Shown piece by piece: positions 41,990 to 54,146 of a DNA stretch of 64,000 bases. Position numbers and translations under genes: made by a program. Each line of letters starts with the position of its first letter. The first letter of the stretch is position 1. Origin of the DNA: the human T2T-CHM13v2.0 reference genome, Homo sapiens; assembly GCF_009914755.1 (NCBI RefSeq), contig NC_060939.1. One strand, 5' to 3'. Under the pieces are notes generated by a model that saw nothing but the letters and a program-made list of their open reading frames with translations, did not search any database and was not told the origin of the DNA.

Positions 41990-42230
41990 CTTGGGCTTCG
42001 AAGTGGAAGAAGCCTGGGTTTGAACCCTGGCTCTGCCATATGCTGTTCATATGTTTTGTAAAAAATAGAGATTTAAAAAAAAGTGTGTCTTGAATGATAG
42101 CTGTGAAAATTAAATGAGACCAGGAAGATGACCTGGTAGTTTTCTTATCCATAAAATGGAAGTAGTGCTGCTTATCTCAAGGTGGTGGTGCAAGGGTTAA
42201 ATGAGAAATACGGAGAAAAGAGCCCAGTAC
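41990..42230 (+). mobile_element. MIR fragments
   Basis: gcctgggtttgaaccctggctctgcca; ttatccataaaatggaag ... ttaaatgaga. Confidence 0.65.
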
Positions 42231-43544
42231 AGTGACTTCTGCTGAAGAAATATGCCTTCCCCAATAAGGCAGATGAATCTGCTTCCCAGCATGTAGTAAA
42301 CAGAGGAAGGCGTTCCTCCTCTTCCCACACAAAGCTTGAGGCCAGCTAGACTCTTATCAATGTCCTGTAGTGTGTGGTTTTTAAGGGCAATACGAAGATC
42401 TCAAATTCTAGATGAGAAAGTCTTAAGGGGGCTGTATTGATATAGAAATAAACCCAAAGGTGATTCCTCAAGGTTTCTCCAGAGACACGTGGAAAATAGT
42501 GGGCTAACCAGGAGTTTCTTGAAGGCTCACCCCAGCATCCATGAATGGGCTCCACCTTCCCATATCTACTTTTCCTCTGAAACATTTCAGGGTGCCTACA
42601 GTCCTGTATTGTAAAAGGTACTTTCTTGTCATCTGTAAACACAGGTGGCTTAATTGTATTAAATAACACATTTCACTCTAATTAATAAGCATCAATTAGA
42701 AGCTACTCCATTCCACATATCATCCTAGATACTGATGGCGTAACTTACAACTCAACCATCTCCAGCCATGTTTCTTTTCAGCCCATCATTCACATTGATG
42801 CCAGAATGGTTATTCTAAGATGCAACTCTGTGTTTCAGTGGCTTTCCATTACTTACACGAGCTTTTCCCAAGAGGCATTCCAAACAATGATAATAGTGGG
42901 AGGAAATAAACAAAATGCTGCATTAGAGTTCAAAAGGTCATTTTGATGTTTTCATTGATGCTGATGTTTTGTTTTTACCACAGGACTAACAAGAGCTTAT
43001 ACGATCATGATATTCCCTTTGACTCTTAGAAGAAGATTCAGTATTTGTCCACAGTCATATTTTTCCCACACGAAGTCTGTTAACAATATGAGCTTGAGAA
43101 ACATGAACCTGTAGAATAGAGTTCAGAGTCCTTAATTTTTGCTCTCATCTCTTTCTGGATTCCAGCATTCTTCTTGCCGTGCGGTGCCCCTTTTACTAGA
43201 AAGCCAATCCCTTCCTCATTCCCCTTCACTCCTCTCTCCCCTGGCTGCACTCACATCAGGTAGAAATTCTTGTATAAAACCATCCCTAACTCCCCGGTAG
43301 AGTTGTTTTTTTTCCCCAAACTCCAATTGTACTCTGAATATAGACCATACCACCTTGCTGTGCTTGTTGATTTATATGTATAACTCAAAATTTGTATGAA
43401 CCTAAAGCCATTTTCTAATAGTAGTATATGTTTTCAACTTTTTCTTCATGTTAACCTTTAAGCAACTAAATTATTGGTACAATTAATTAGTTAACTGTGC
43501 TACTGGTAATGGTAACCATTCAGATATTCTGTTCAAGTGAATTA

Positions 43545-43725
43545 TACCTGGCTTTGGAATTGTACCTGATTTTGGATTATGTTCTATTACTTACAACTAT
43601 GTGGCTTTGAGCAAGTTGCTCAAACTCTGCAAGCCTCAGTGTTATCATCTATAAAGTAGGATAATACAAGCCATAGGGCCATTGAAAGATTTAGAGGAAA
43701 TGTAAAGTGTCATGTGTGATACATA
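43545..43725 (+). mobile_element. MIR fragment
   Basis: ctatgtggctttgagcaagttgctcaaactctgcaagcctcagtgttatcatctataaag. Confidence 0.75.
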
Positions 43726-43835
43726 CCACTTTGTGGGTCCCTGGTGAATTCGCGTGATGGCATTTTCATTGTAAAGTACTTAGCGCAATACCTAGTTTGA
43801 ACCAGACCGGGGCAACTATTGGTTCTAGTTTCTCT

Positions 43836-44139
<304 letters not shown>

Positions 44140-44163
44140 GGGTTCTAATTCCTTTCTTCATCC

Positions 44164-44277
44164 TTCCAGGAATATTAAACCAATCTTGGCAACTTGATCA
44201 TCTCCAGCCAAACATTTAATATTCCAGGAATATTAAACCAGTCGTAGCAATTTGATCATCTCAGCCAAATACTAATA
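44164..44277. repeat. Tandem duplication, ~58-bp unit x2 (diverged)
   Basis: ttccaggaatattaaacca…ttgatcatct(c)cagccaaa…taata repeated at 44164 and 44222. Confidence 0.9.
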
Positions 44278-44527
44278 TGACAATTATGACGTGGTCATGA
44301 GCATTTCCTTAATAAGCTGTCAGTGGAGGCAGAGGATAATGATTACTGCCCTTCAACACATAGTAGGCCAGATAACCTCTTCCTTCTTAGAATCAGCTTA
44401 TCATCTAACATAAACAAGGTTGATGCAGATAAACAGATACAGATTGAATGCCTGCAGAACAATAAAACAATAAATGATTTGCAACCAGTTTTAAGCATCG
44501 TATGAAATACAAAGAAATCCCAGTTTT

Positions 44528-45119
44528 TTTTCTGAGAACATTCTTTTTTTAATTTATTTGTTTTTTATTATACTTTAAGTTCTAGGGTACATGTGCACAA
44601 TGTGCAGGTTTGTTACATATGTATACACTTGCTATGTTGGTGTGCTGCACCCATTAACTAGTCATTTACATTAGGTATATCTCCTAATGCTATCCCTCCC
44701 CCATCCCCCCACCCCACAACAGGCCCCGGTGTGTGATGTTCCCCTTCCTGTGTCCAGGTGTTCTCATTGTTCAATTCCCACCTATGAGTGAGAACATGCG
44801 GTGTTTGGTTTTTTGTCCTTGCGATAGTTTGCTGAGAATGATGGTTTCCAGCTTCATCCATGTCCCTACAAAGGACATGAACTCATCATTTTTTATGGCT
44901 GCATAGTATTCCATGGTGTATATGTGCCACATTTTCTTAATCCAGTCTATCATTGTTGGACATTTGGGTTGGTTCCAAGTCTTTGCTATTGTGAGTAGTG
45001 ACGCAATAAACATACGTGTGCATGTGTCTTTATAGGAGGATGGTTTATATTCCTTTGGTATTGTGGAAGACAGTGTGGCGATTCCTCAGGGATCTAGAAC
45101 TAGAAATACCATTTGACCC
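44528..45119 (-). mobile_element. 5'-truncated, 5'-inverted L1PA (L1PA4/5-like) with short 3' transduction
   Basis: Antisense L1 3' UTR/ORF2 C-terminus to ~45060 (ORF-track 44771-45013), an inverted L1 piece at ~45060-45119, and a 15-bp TSD agaaatcccagtttt at 44513-44527 and 45120-45134. Confidence 0.93.
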
Positions 45120-45199
45120 AGAAATCCCAGTTTTACACCTTTGGCATTTTCAATCTGGCAGGGGGCAGCTAGTATACCAACAACAAGACATGTTTTTAA

Positions 45200-45712
45200 A
45201 ATGTAGATTTTATTATTCAGGTATGATGAAGCCAATAAATCAGGAGACAATCAGCATTGAAAAAGAACACTTGTTACTCACAGTTCCCAAGAGGAATGGA
45301 CACGCCATACCACACAGGGCCACATAGAGAAGTGCCATCCTCCAGGAGGCAGAGAGAGTGAGGGGAAGCTGGGGGAAAGCCTTTTCGTGGTTTCCATAGA
45401 AAGGGATGGGCTGGCTAGGCAGGATAAATGGGCATAGGGTTGTCTACTTTGAATAATTTCAGCAGGCTCTGGAGCATGGGAGTTGCTATTAGTTGTCTGG
45501 TACCGGCCCTGGGGAGATTAGTCTAGGGGAATGGGGGTCCAGAGGGTAAAGGAGGAGGTTGGCTTTATGCGCTTTGAGTTGGTTTGCATATAAAAGGTGA
45601 GTCTTGGGTTTGCATACCCAGATGAGTCCTTGACCATTTTAGGAATTGGCTAGCCCTGGAAAGGACAGTCCGTTCAGGGTCCACAAAACCATGAGATCAG
45701 AGAATGTGTACA
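45200..45712 (-). mobile_element. ERVL-type solo LTR (MER21/MER68/MER77 group)
   Basis: Shares segment order and sequence with the adjacent LTR (tactcacag.tcc, gccacat.g, ggaggcag, gtttccat, atttcagcaggctct). Ends approximate. Confidence 0.65.
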
Positions 45713-45761
45713 GGTATCCTCCAGCTTTGGCTAAGTAGAGAAGGCTTGATGGATGAGATGT

Positions 45762-46297
45762 TGTGCAATGTTCCTTTATGTGATCATCAGTCAGGTGCAG
45801 CCATGTGAGGAGACACAGGAGAGGCTTAGGAAAACAAAGTTTATTATACTCACAGGTCCTAGCAACAGGAGACGTGCCACACCATGCAGGGTCACATAGG
45901 AAAGCACCAGCTTTGGTCAGGAGGCAGACAAGGGGCAGAAGCAAGGTGACAGCCTACACTACCACTTTTGTTGGGGTTTCCATGGTTAAGGCAAGGCAAG
46001 GCTGGGGTAAACAGTTTGGGATTTGCTAGTTTGAGTGATTTCAGGGGGCTGTAAGCTATAGAGGTGGTCCTTATCTGCCTAGTACCTGGCCTTGGGAAGG
46101 CAGAGGAATATTGCCTCCTGGAATGTATGAGCCAGCTAGAGGAGGTCTGGCTGTGAATTGATTAGATTGCATATCAAAGGCATGCAGCTGAGCCCTTTGC
46201 TGCCTCTAACAAGAAGGGCAGTCTCTCTCCAGCCAGAAAGGTTTTAAAAATACTGAAATACTGTAATATACAGAAGATACGAAATATAAACAATACA
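45762..46297 (-). mobile_element. ERVL-type solo LTR (MER21/MER68/MER77 group)
   Basis: TG...CA ends with 5-bp TSD GATGT (45757-45761, 46298-46302); minus-strand AATAAA (tttatt at ~45840). Confidence 0.75.
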
Positions 46298-47839
46298 GAT
46301 GTAGAGATGCCAAGGTGAGGCTGGGGAATTCCAAACAGAAAGTGTAATGTCAGTAAAGGCCCAGAGAAGGGGAATATTTGGTAAATAAATAGAAGTACTC
46401 TTAGTCCAATTTTGTTAGAGCATTTGGGATATAAGAACTTTAGAGATAATAATTGTATTCCATAGGAACTTGGGAGTTATTGAAAGAGAATGATTGGATT
46501 AGCTCTATTTTTTAGAAAGTTTCCATTTCTAGCAGTAGGGTGACTGCAGCTGGGACCATATTCAAGTAAAAACAGAAGGGAGCATTAGTTCATACTCAAG
46601 TCAAAAGAAAATCACCAATGTGCTGTCAATAAAATCAAGCCTCTCTATCACCGAGCTCTTTAATTTCCTTTACTGATTCATCATTATTGTTTAGGGTTGC
46701 ATTGGGTTGTTTTTCATATGGATTTTGTCTCTAGATCTTTGTTTGTTGTTGCTGCTGTTCTATTACATTAGAAGTGCCCACTGCAGTGACTACCGTAGAA
46801 TTTGGAAGCCGATGCTGTTTTGTAAAAACAAAGACACAGAAACACTCCTTTCTATACAGAATAATGATTCATTTATTTCAGTAATTCCAGAAAAACAGAT
46901 CTTTGTATTTTTTTTTTTTTGCAAAGCCATGTTTAAATAAGTGAAAGGCAAGAAAGTAATGAAGTTACCGTATTCATTGATAGTTGGATAATATGAATTA
47001 TTTTAATCAGGAGCTATTAGAAATCAATGTAATTATTCATGTTTAACAGTTGTGGTGTGCATAATTTTTAAGCACTGCATTAGCTATGGTTAGAGAGCAG
47101 ATTAGAGATGAGAATTTTCGCATCTTTTCAGTCCTGTTACTGGCTTGAGTGTCTCTAGAGCTATGAATATTTCTGCAGTGAAAATCAAGTATCCATTGTT
47201 TTATAGAATAAATGCATTCTTGATGAATTGCCTATAAAGAAAATCTCATCTATCAAATACTATTTTCCTATTAGCTAATGTTATAAAATCAGAAATATGT
47301 TTTTCTGGAAATAATCTTTTTAAAAAAGAAAAATTCATACTTATCCTTGGATGTTATGTTGCTGCTTGAAAAAAATAAGTCATATTTAATAATCCAGCCA
47401 ATGTTTCAACACACACATTTAAAAGAAAAAGAAATTTCTTGTAAAGTACTAATATTGCTCCAAGTGATCCTTTAAATGCTGTGCGAAATAATTTTGTTTT
47501 TATGAAAGCTTGAAGGAAAATAAGAGTTGAAATGAAAAATAAATGTGAAAGAAAAATTACTCAGCTCTATACATTCTCTCAATATATGTCCATTAAGTAA
47601 TTGATAGGTGTTGAACTTTCTGTTATAAATCCAAAGTTAATTGAAATTTGGCCTGTGCCCTTGATTTTTTTCATAGCCTGACAAAAAGAAAATGTCGTAT
47701 AGACAAACACATTTTACATTATGATGTGCTAAGTGCCCAATAAAGCAATTAGACTGTGCTGGGGAAGAACAGCAGGAGAGACTAACTCTTCCTTTACAGA
47801 GGTAACCTCTGAGCAGGGTTTTGAAGGGTGAGTAGTAGT

Positions 47840-48070
47840 TTAGAGTAGGAGAAGAGTGCAGACTCTGGAGCTGGACTTCCTGGTTTAAATCCTGTCATTA
47901 CTTCCTGAATGATCTTGGGCAAATTTACCTCCTTCATTTTCTCATCTGTAAAATTGGAATGGCATTTGTAGCTACATCAGAGGCTACTATGGAGAGTTAA
48001 TCCACGTAAAGAACTTAGAACATTGTACTGAGCATGGTAATGACGCAATACATATGCTGCTATTTGTTCC
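47840..48070 (+). mobile_element. MIR
   Basis: gagtgcagactctggagctggacttcctggtttaaatcc ... gatcttgggcaaattt ... ctcatctgtaaaatt. Confidence 0.8.
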
Positions 48071-48091
48071 ACTATTAAGAATGAGAAGAAT

Positions 48092-48373
48092 GTGGGGGTC
48101 GAGGTGGGTGGATTGCTTGAGCCCGGGAGTTCAAGATCAGCCTGGGCAACATGGGGAAACCCTGTCTCTGCAAAACACAAAACAACAACAACAAAAATAC
48201 AAAAGATTAGCCAGGTGCAGTGGCCTGCACCTGGAGTCCTAGCTACTTGGGAGGGTAAGGTGGGAGGATCACTTGAGCCTGGGGGCAGAGGTTGCAGTGA
48301 GCCAAGATTGTACCACTGTCCTCCAGCCTGGGTGACAGAGTGAGACCCTGGGCTCAAAAAGAAAAAAAAAAAA
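48092..48373 (+). mobile_element. AluJ SINE, 5'-truncated
   Basis: gattgcttgagccc, ggaggatcacttgagcct, gagaccctg; A tail. Confidence 0.92.
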
Positions 48374-49291
48374 GAGAGAGAAATGTTTTTGCAAATAGGT
48401 AACAGCCGTTTTTTATTCTGTGAAAGTTCAAATTGCTGCCTGCTTAATGGCTTTTACAAATGAGCAATTTAATGCAAGATGTAGACAAGAAATGGAAATA
48501 GGGTATAACCATTCAGAATAGAACCACGGAGGCCCTGATTGATGAGGAGGGGAAGAAGTTACCATGCATCAGAGGTCTACCTCATGACACGCTATTGTGA
48601 CAGGTACTTCAGATTGTCACTGAGTTGTTACCTGGTGCACAGGAAGTCCCTTTTCCACACTGGAGAATAGGCAATGAAACAGTGACAACTGAAGAATGAA
48701 ACCGCTTGACTACAACACACCACTGAGGAGGCCCTAAGAGACTGATACACAAATTACTACATTAGCTTAAGCCACGGTATTAACCCCTGCGTATTCAAAG
48801 GGTCTCCTTTCTCTGCAGGTTTTTATAAGAAATTTTTACATGAAATCAATAGATATGATGAAAGCCTCTGAGTCAGTGCATTTGTGACAGATAACCATTA
48901 CAATTATGGAAGATGTCACTCGCTGGAAATAAGTTAATTGGCTAGTAACAGATTACTTATTAAGTTATACAAATCAGGATGAGGAAAGTAGAAAATATAG
49001 TGAAGAATTACACAAAATCAGAACAGAAGAGAGAGCTTACTAGGTGTCCCCTTTTCCCGTGGATTTAAATAATCACTGAAGTAACCAGAACTCGAAAGCC
49101 ATTGATTTTACAATTAACAAGCGATAAGGGAAACAAGTCTTTCTGAAATCCTGGCTTGGACAGGCACATCATGATTATTTTGGTAACCAGTTGCCTGGCT
49201 TACAGGTTCTTCATAGGTGATTCGTTTTGTATATTGAGCTTCTAATTTAATCAGCTATGCCTATGTTTGTTTCTTTTTGTGTATGAATTAG

Positions 49292-49465
49292 GAACTCAAG
49301 GAGAAATTAGACTCCAGTCACAAGCGAGACATAGAAGGCATGGGAGTTCCAGAAATCAAGTATGGAGATTCTGTCTGCTTTGTGCAGCATATAGCCAGTG
49401 GTCTGTGGGTGACCTACAAAGCACAAGACGCCAAAACTTCCCGCCTGGGACCTCTAAAAAGAAAG
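49292..49465 (+). CDS. RYR3: RYR3 exon 11, 174 nt, phase 0-0: [58 protein letters not shown]
   Basis: Acceptor ttctttttgtgtatgaattag, donor AAG/gtgaga. [13 protein letters not shown] motif; overlaps ORF-track 49340-49597. Confidence 0.97.
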
Positions 49466-50369
49466 GTGAGAGTCAGAATATCTGTCTACAATTGTTTTAC
49501 CCTGAGTTGGAAGCAACTAGGCAATAGAAGTGATTCTGAGAACCAGGTGGACATGATTGTGATTTACTTCTTACTATTCAGAAGAGTTATTTTGTGATAG
49601 ATTGTACACAGTTTCTCCAAAACTTCAGCCTAATTTGGATACTTTGACCCCATGTTCAATGGGGGAAAAAACAAATACACAGCAAATCTGTGAGGAAGAG
49701 GTGATGTATTTAATGTACTCTAAAGCCTGATCTAAATGACTTTTGGTGATGTGCTGTCTTGGGATTACCCACATCATTGCTGCCTTCATTTCAGTGGATA
49801 ATTGAGTTATTGTGCAGTTTTCATAATAGACTAAATAGATCTCTACAGAGAAAATGCAGATTGCATAATAACAAGCCCGCAGGAACCCAATGGCAGAAAG
49901 AAGGGATGTTGTGGAATGACACTGTATCCACAGAGTGTATCTTGATTTGAGTGGTGCGTCACAGCCTGCTCCAGCGAGAAAAACTAGCTTGGGTGCATGC
50001 AGCATCTATTTACCAGAAAGTCAATTGCCGTAACAGTGTTTCTTTTGGTGGGAACCAAATAATGGATGTCAAGGATGTGATGCTTTTATTCCTGAAATAC
50101 CCTTATAAAATATGGGTTTAAATAGTCAACTAGTCCCAGAATAAGGTGCTAGGAGGCACTGTGCTCTGTAGTTGAGGTATAGCAGCCTAAGGTAGTCATG
50201 ATGAAAAGTTTTCCAGAATGCAGGTTATGATAAGAAAGGATGTTGAGAATGAACATAAGGTAATATCTTATTACCTTAAGGCAACACAGACTAGGAAAAT
50301 ATCCAGAAAAGGGGAAATGAAATGATCAAGAGGGGATAGAAAATACAATAAATAAGAGACCACATAATC

Positions 50370-51065
50370 TGGCTTGTATGAGACCAACCCTTCTTCTGAA
50401 AACAACCGCAAAGGCTGGATACAGTACCTTCAAAAAAAATGGAAGGTTTCAACAACCAAGCCACCCAAAACATAAGCACAAAATATTGCACGTGGAACGT
50501 AAGTGCACTAAGGTGAGCCCACCTTGATCTTTGTTTTCTCCTTCAGCACATTTGCTGATTTGCAGAACTAGGGCGTGGGATCTTGCATTAGCTCAGTTGT
50601 GCTAAAGAGTCAGATTGGACATAGGTTCAGCCAAGGCTTCTGGGACTCGAGGTGCCAAGAGTCCAGAGTAGAGAGAACTGCAAAAACATGAGCCTAAAAT
50701 TCTACATGCCGTTTCCTCTAGAATCCTAAGCTGACCGTGGATGGGGTGTGAAGCCAAAATAGTAAAGCGAAACTGCTGTGATAATGAAGAGCAAAGCAGA
50801 GATGTTGACATTATGAGAGTACTAGGGATATACAAGTCAGGGTTCGGGGTATGACAAGTTGGAATTGCCCTGGAAAATACAGTAGGCTTTCCGTTGATCT
50901 TTAGAAGAGCTACACCCTGGGAATGAGGGCTGCACGCTGGGAATAAGAACAAATCAAAAATAAATGCCACAAACCCATCCTCTATTCTTACCAGCCTATC
51001 AGAAGAAACTTAAATCCTCTATAGAGTGCAGTAATACCATCTAGAGCCTCTACAGTTTTTCAAAC
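50370..51065 (+). mobile_element. Old L1M 5' region remnant
   Basis: accaacccttcttctgaaaacaac...gctggata and gaagaaacttaaatcctct...ccatctagagcctctacagtttttca resemble old L1 5' regions. Confidence 0.45.
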
Positions 51066-52152
51066 CTACTAAGGCAATGGTAGCATTTAAAGAAAGTGGA
51101 ATTTGTGGATCTTGGCTGTAACTCTGGGTGGGCAGGAACACACTCCAAGGACTCTGTAAATGTGGAGAGATCTCATTTTGCATTGTTGACTTACTGTGCC
51201 TGGCCATGCCTTCTCTTCTAGGACCATAGCCCGCAGATTCATTTAACTGTTAGAATGTATGTGTGAATTTGGGAGGTGCTTTTATAAACTCTCTCCAGCT
51301 GGTGTGATGGTGCTCAGCCCTTGACTGGGCTACACTGCTTCATTTCCTAAGAAGCATGTTAAGTGCCCTCTCTAAAAATACAAAGGATGTCTAAATCTGT
51401 TATGTTTTATGAAATGAACAAAACAGTAATCAAGAAAAACCAATCGAGCACAAACAGAATGAAACACCTGATGAGTACCCACTTTAAAGCACCCTCTTTC
51501 CTATTCCCATCTTAGGCTTCTTGTCCCTGCTCTTCAGTTGTAAGATTTCTCGGAGAGAAGGAAGGACCTTGGGAACTGGGCTGCTGAGATCAGTAGGGTT
51601 CATAACAACATTCTAACAACTGCATTTCCCCCAGCCAGTTTTAAATGTGTTATCTGAACAAGCAAAACCTAAGAATTTCGGTCTTTAAGGACCAGAAATC
51701 TGGGACCCAGGCCAAAGTAAACATAGTGGCAATGTATTGCTAAACCCAAATGCAACATTGCTAACCAGTTGCTCAGATGTTCTCACAAAGTAATATTTTC
51801 TAACAGTTAGTGATTCCAATGGTAACAGTATCCTTTGCTGATGCTTACACTGCAGTATATAGATGGGATGCAAAGTCTTGTTTCAAAAATGAACAAGCCG
51901 GTATTCTATTTCATCATATCAGGAAGTACCTTCAAAATAGTAAAAAGGAAGAGATGTTTCACATGGAAAGGAAAGTAAGTTGTTTCTTTATGCTAAAAAT
52001 GAGAGAGACCAACAATCTTTATTCTATAGATATTTTCTAGAGCCACATGTTTTGTCTATGTTGACATGTAGACTTCCAGGATCTACACTTTGTCTCTCTT
52101 TGCTTGCTTCCATCAAGAGGAAACCATGCCAGTGAACTTGGATCAGGATTTG

Positions 52153-52206
52153 ACCTTGACTTGAACCAGGATCAAACTAACCTTGACTTGAACCAGGATC
52201 AAACTA
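52153..52206. repeat. Perfect 27-bp tandem duplication
   Basis: accttgacttgaaccaggatcaaacta x2, no mismatches. Confidence 0.95.
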
Positions 52207-52374
52207 CCTCACTTAACATCTTCACATACTTGATCATTTTAAGGGAAAAAGCCCCTGACCTCCACACAAAAAGCTGGTAGTCCCAAAAAAATTGTGTCAT
52301 GATATCCTTAGTGACAAGTAGATACTCTTAGCTTCCAGACAACTGATCCAAGATCAGTACTATACTGCCTCTGA

Positions 52375-52590
52375 TAACAAACACTCATTGAGCACCTATT
52401 AGATTCTAGGTGCCATGCCAATTCCCTACATGTAAATCATTGAATCTTCCAACCCTCTAAGATAAGTCTATTTGCAGATGGTGAAATCCAAAGCAAATGG
52501 GGTTAACTAACTTGCCCAAGGTCACACAGCTGGTAAGTGGCATAGCAGGACTAGACAAAGGTTTGCTGATATCAGAGCCCATGCTTTCAA
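52375..52590 (-). mobile_element. MIR
   Basis: taacttgcccaaggtcacacagctggtaagtggc. Confidence 0.8.
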
Positions 52591-53133
52591 ATTTACTCTC
52601 TAGCCTCCAAGAGAAGCCAGCTACCACCTTGAGCTGCTTTCCCCAGCCCTGCAATTAACTAACTCAGTGTAGTTGGCCTTCAGTTGAGAAACCAAGCCTA
52701 ATCCCAGTACAGAATTTTGCTTTAAATTGTCTGTCTTTTTCTTCAATTCATCTCTGGAGGAAAAGGCTTTGAACACAGTGACTTTTCCCATTTCCAAGGG
52801 TAAGATTCTATGTTCATTTTAAGAGGAAAATCAATTATGAGGTATGTTATCGCCCTTTCAAATCTAGGCCTGAGGAATATGTGGTAACTCATACCATGGT
52901 GGCACATAAAGTTTCATTTTCATCAAAGCGCTGTGTCTAAGGAATGATTCACATGTCACTAATAGGGCGTATGGGTGCAATAGCTTCGCTAATGTCCCAT
53001 TCTCAAAATGGACCCAAGAGAGCTTATTTGGAGAAAGGAATAAGAGGGATGAGGGCAATACTGCGGGAAATGTTGACTGCCCATATGTGGAATAATTGTA
53101 ACCTAGAGCTCCCGTCCCTTGCCCTGTGGGTAG

Positions 53134-53255
53134 GTCATACTCCATCAGGAAGGCCACATGGATGATGGATTAACACTGCAGAGATGCCAGCGTGAGGAGT
53201 CCCAGGCTGCTCGGATCATCCGGAACACTACAGCCTTATTCAGCCAGTTTGTCAG
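53134..53255 (+). CDS. RYR3: RYR3 exon 12, 122 nt, phase 0-2: [40 protein letters not shown](S)
   Basis: Acceptor cccttgccctgtgggtag, donor CAG/gtatgt. HQEGHMDD motif; overlaps ORF-track 53158-53358. Confidence 0.97.
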
Positions 53256-54146
53256 GTATGTTAGCTCCTTTCCTCCTCTACCTAGTGAGTTTGACTCTGT
53301 GGCCTGCCAACACCACCACCCACCTCCTTTTGATACTGTGAATGTTTTCAGGAAATAATGATACACCAGCAAAGAGTTTTACCATCAAGAGCTTGAGACT
53401 GAAACATATTTCCTACATAGGCGAACTCCTACTAGCTTCACCCTTTGTTCAACAGATGCCCAAGCCCCATTAGTTACTCAGATTGGAGTGATGAATATCC
53501 AAGATCTTTGCATGAAAATTAAGTGAAAAGAGTTGGAGTGCATAGGTCCATTTTATGTTTGTGTGTAAAGAGAGAAAGAGCAAAGAGGAACTGATACACT
53601 CCCCCATGTGTTATGTAGAAAGGGTTTCTACAATCATTCAGAATTGCTGCTATGGTTTGGATCAAAGTAACTTCGCACTGGAAGCCTTGGGTTACCCAAC
53701 TGTGGCTGTGGCTTAAATGGGAAAATTAACGGAACTGTCTGCTTGGATCATAATCCCTCCAGTCTAAATAATGCTTCCAAAACAGAACTCTGTGAATTGT
53801 TTTCACCAATTACCATGAGAAACTGATTCTGTTGTGAACTGTGCAGTGTTCCAAGACCATTCTTCTCTTGTAGGAAAATCTCTCTAAAGCCAAGGGGTAT
53901 AAATTACATGTGTGAATTTGCATGAAATGGTAACTTTTTTTCAGATCTTGACTTCTCTTGCTGTTGAAGGACTGCAGTCCAAGGGATGTGTATTAGGAAA
54001 TAGAATAGGCTGCTGTTGCAGTTCAGAGTAAACTTGTACTTCTTGTTTAAGTAATAATATAAAGTAGGTAGGTGGTTTAGGGAAAATAGGTGGCCTAGCT
54101 ACTAGGGCTCAGGTTCCTTCCATCTTGCTGCTCTGACATCTCCCAC

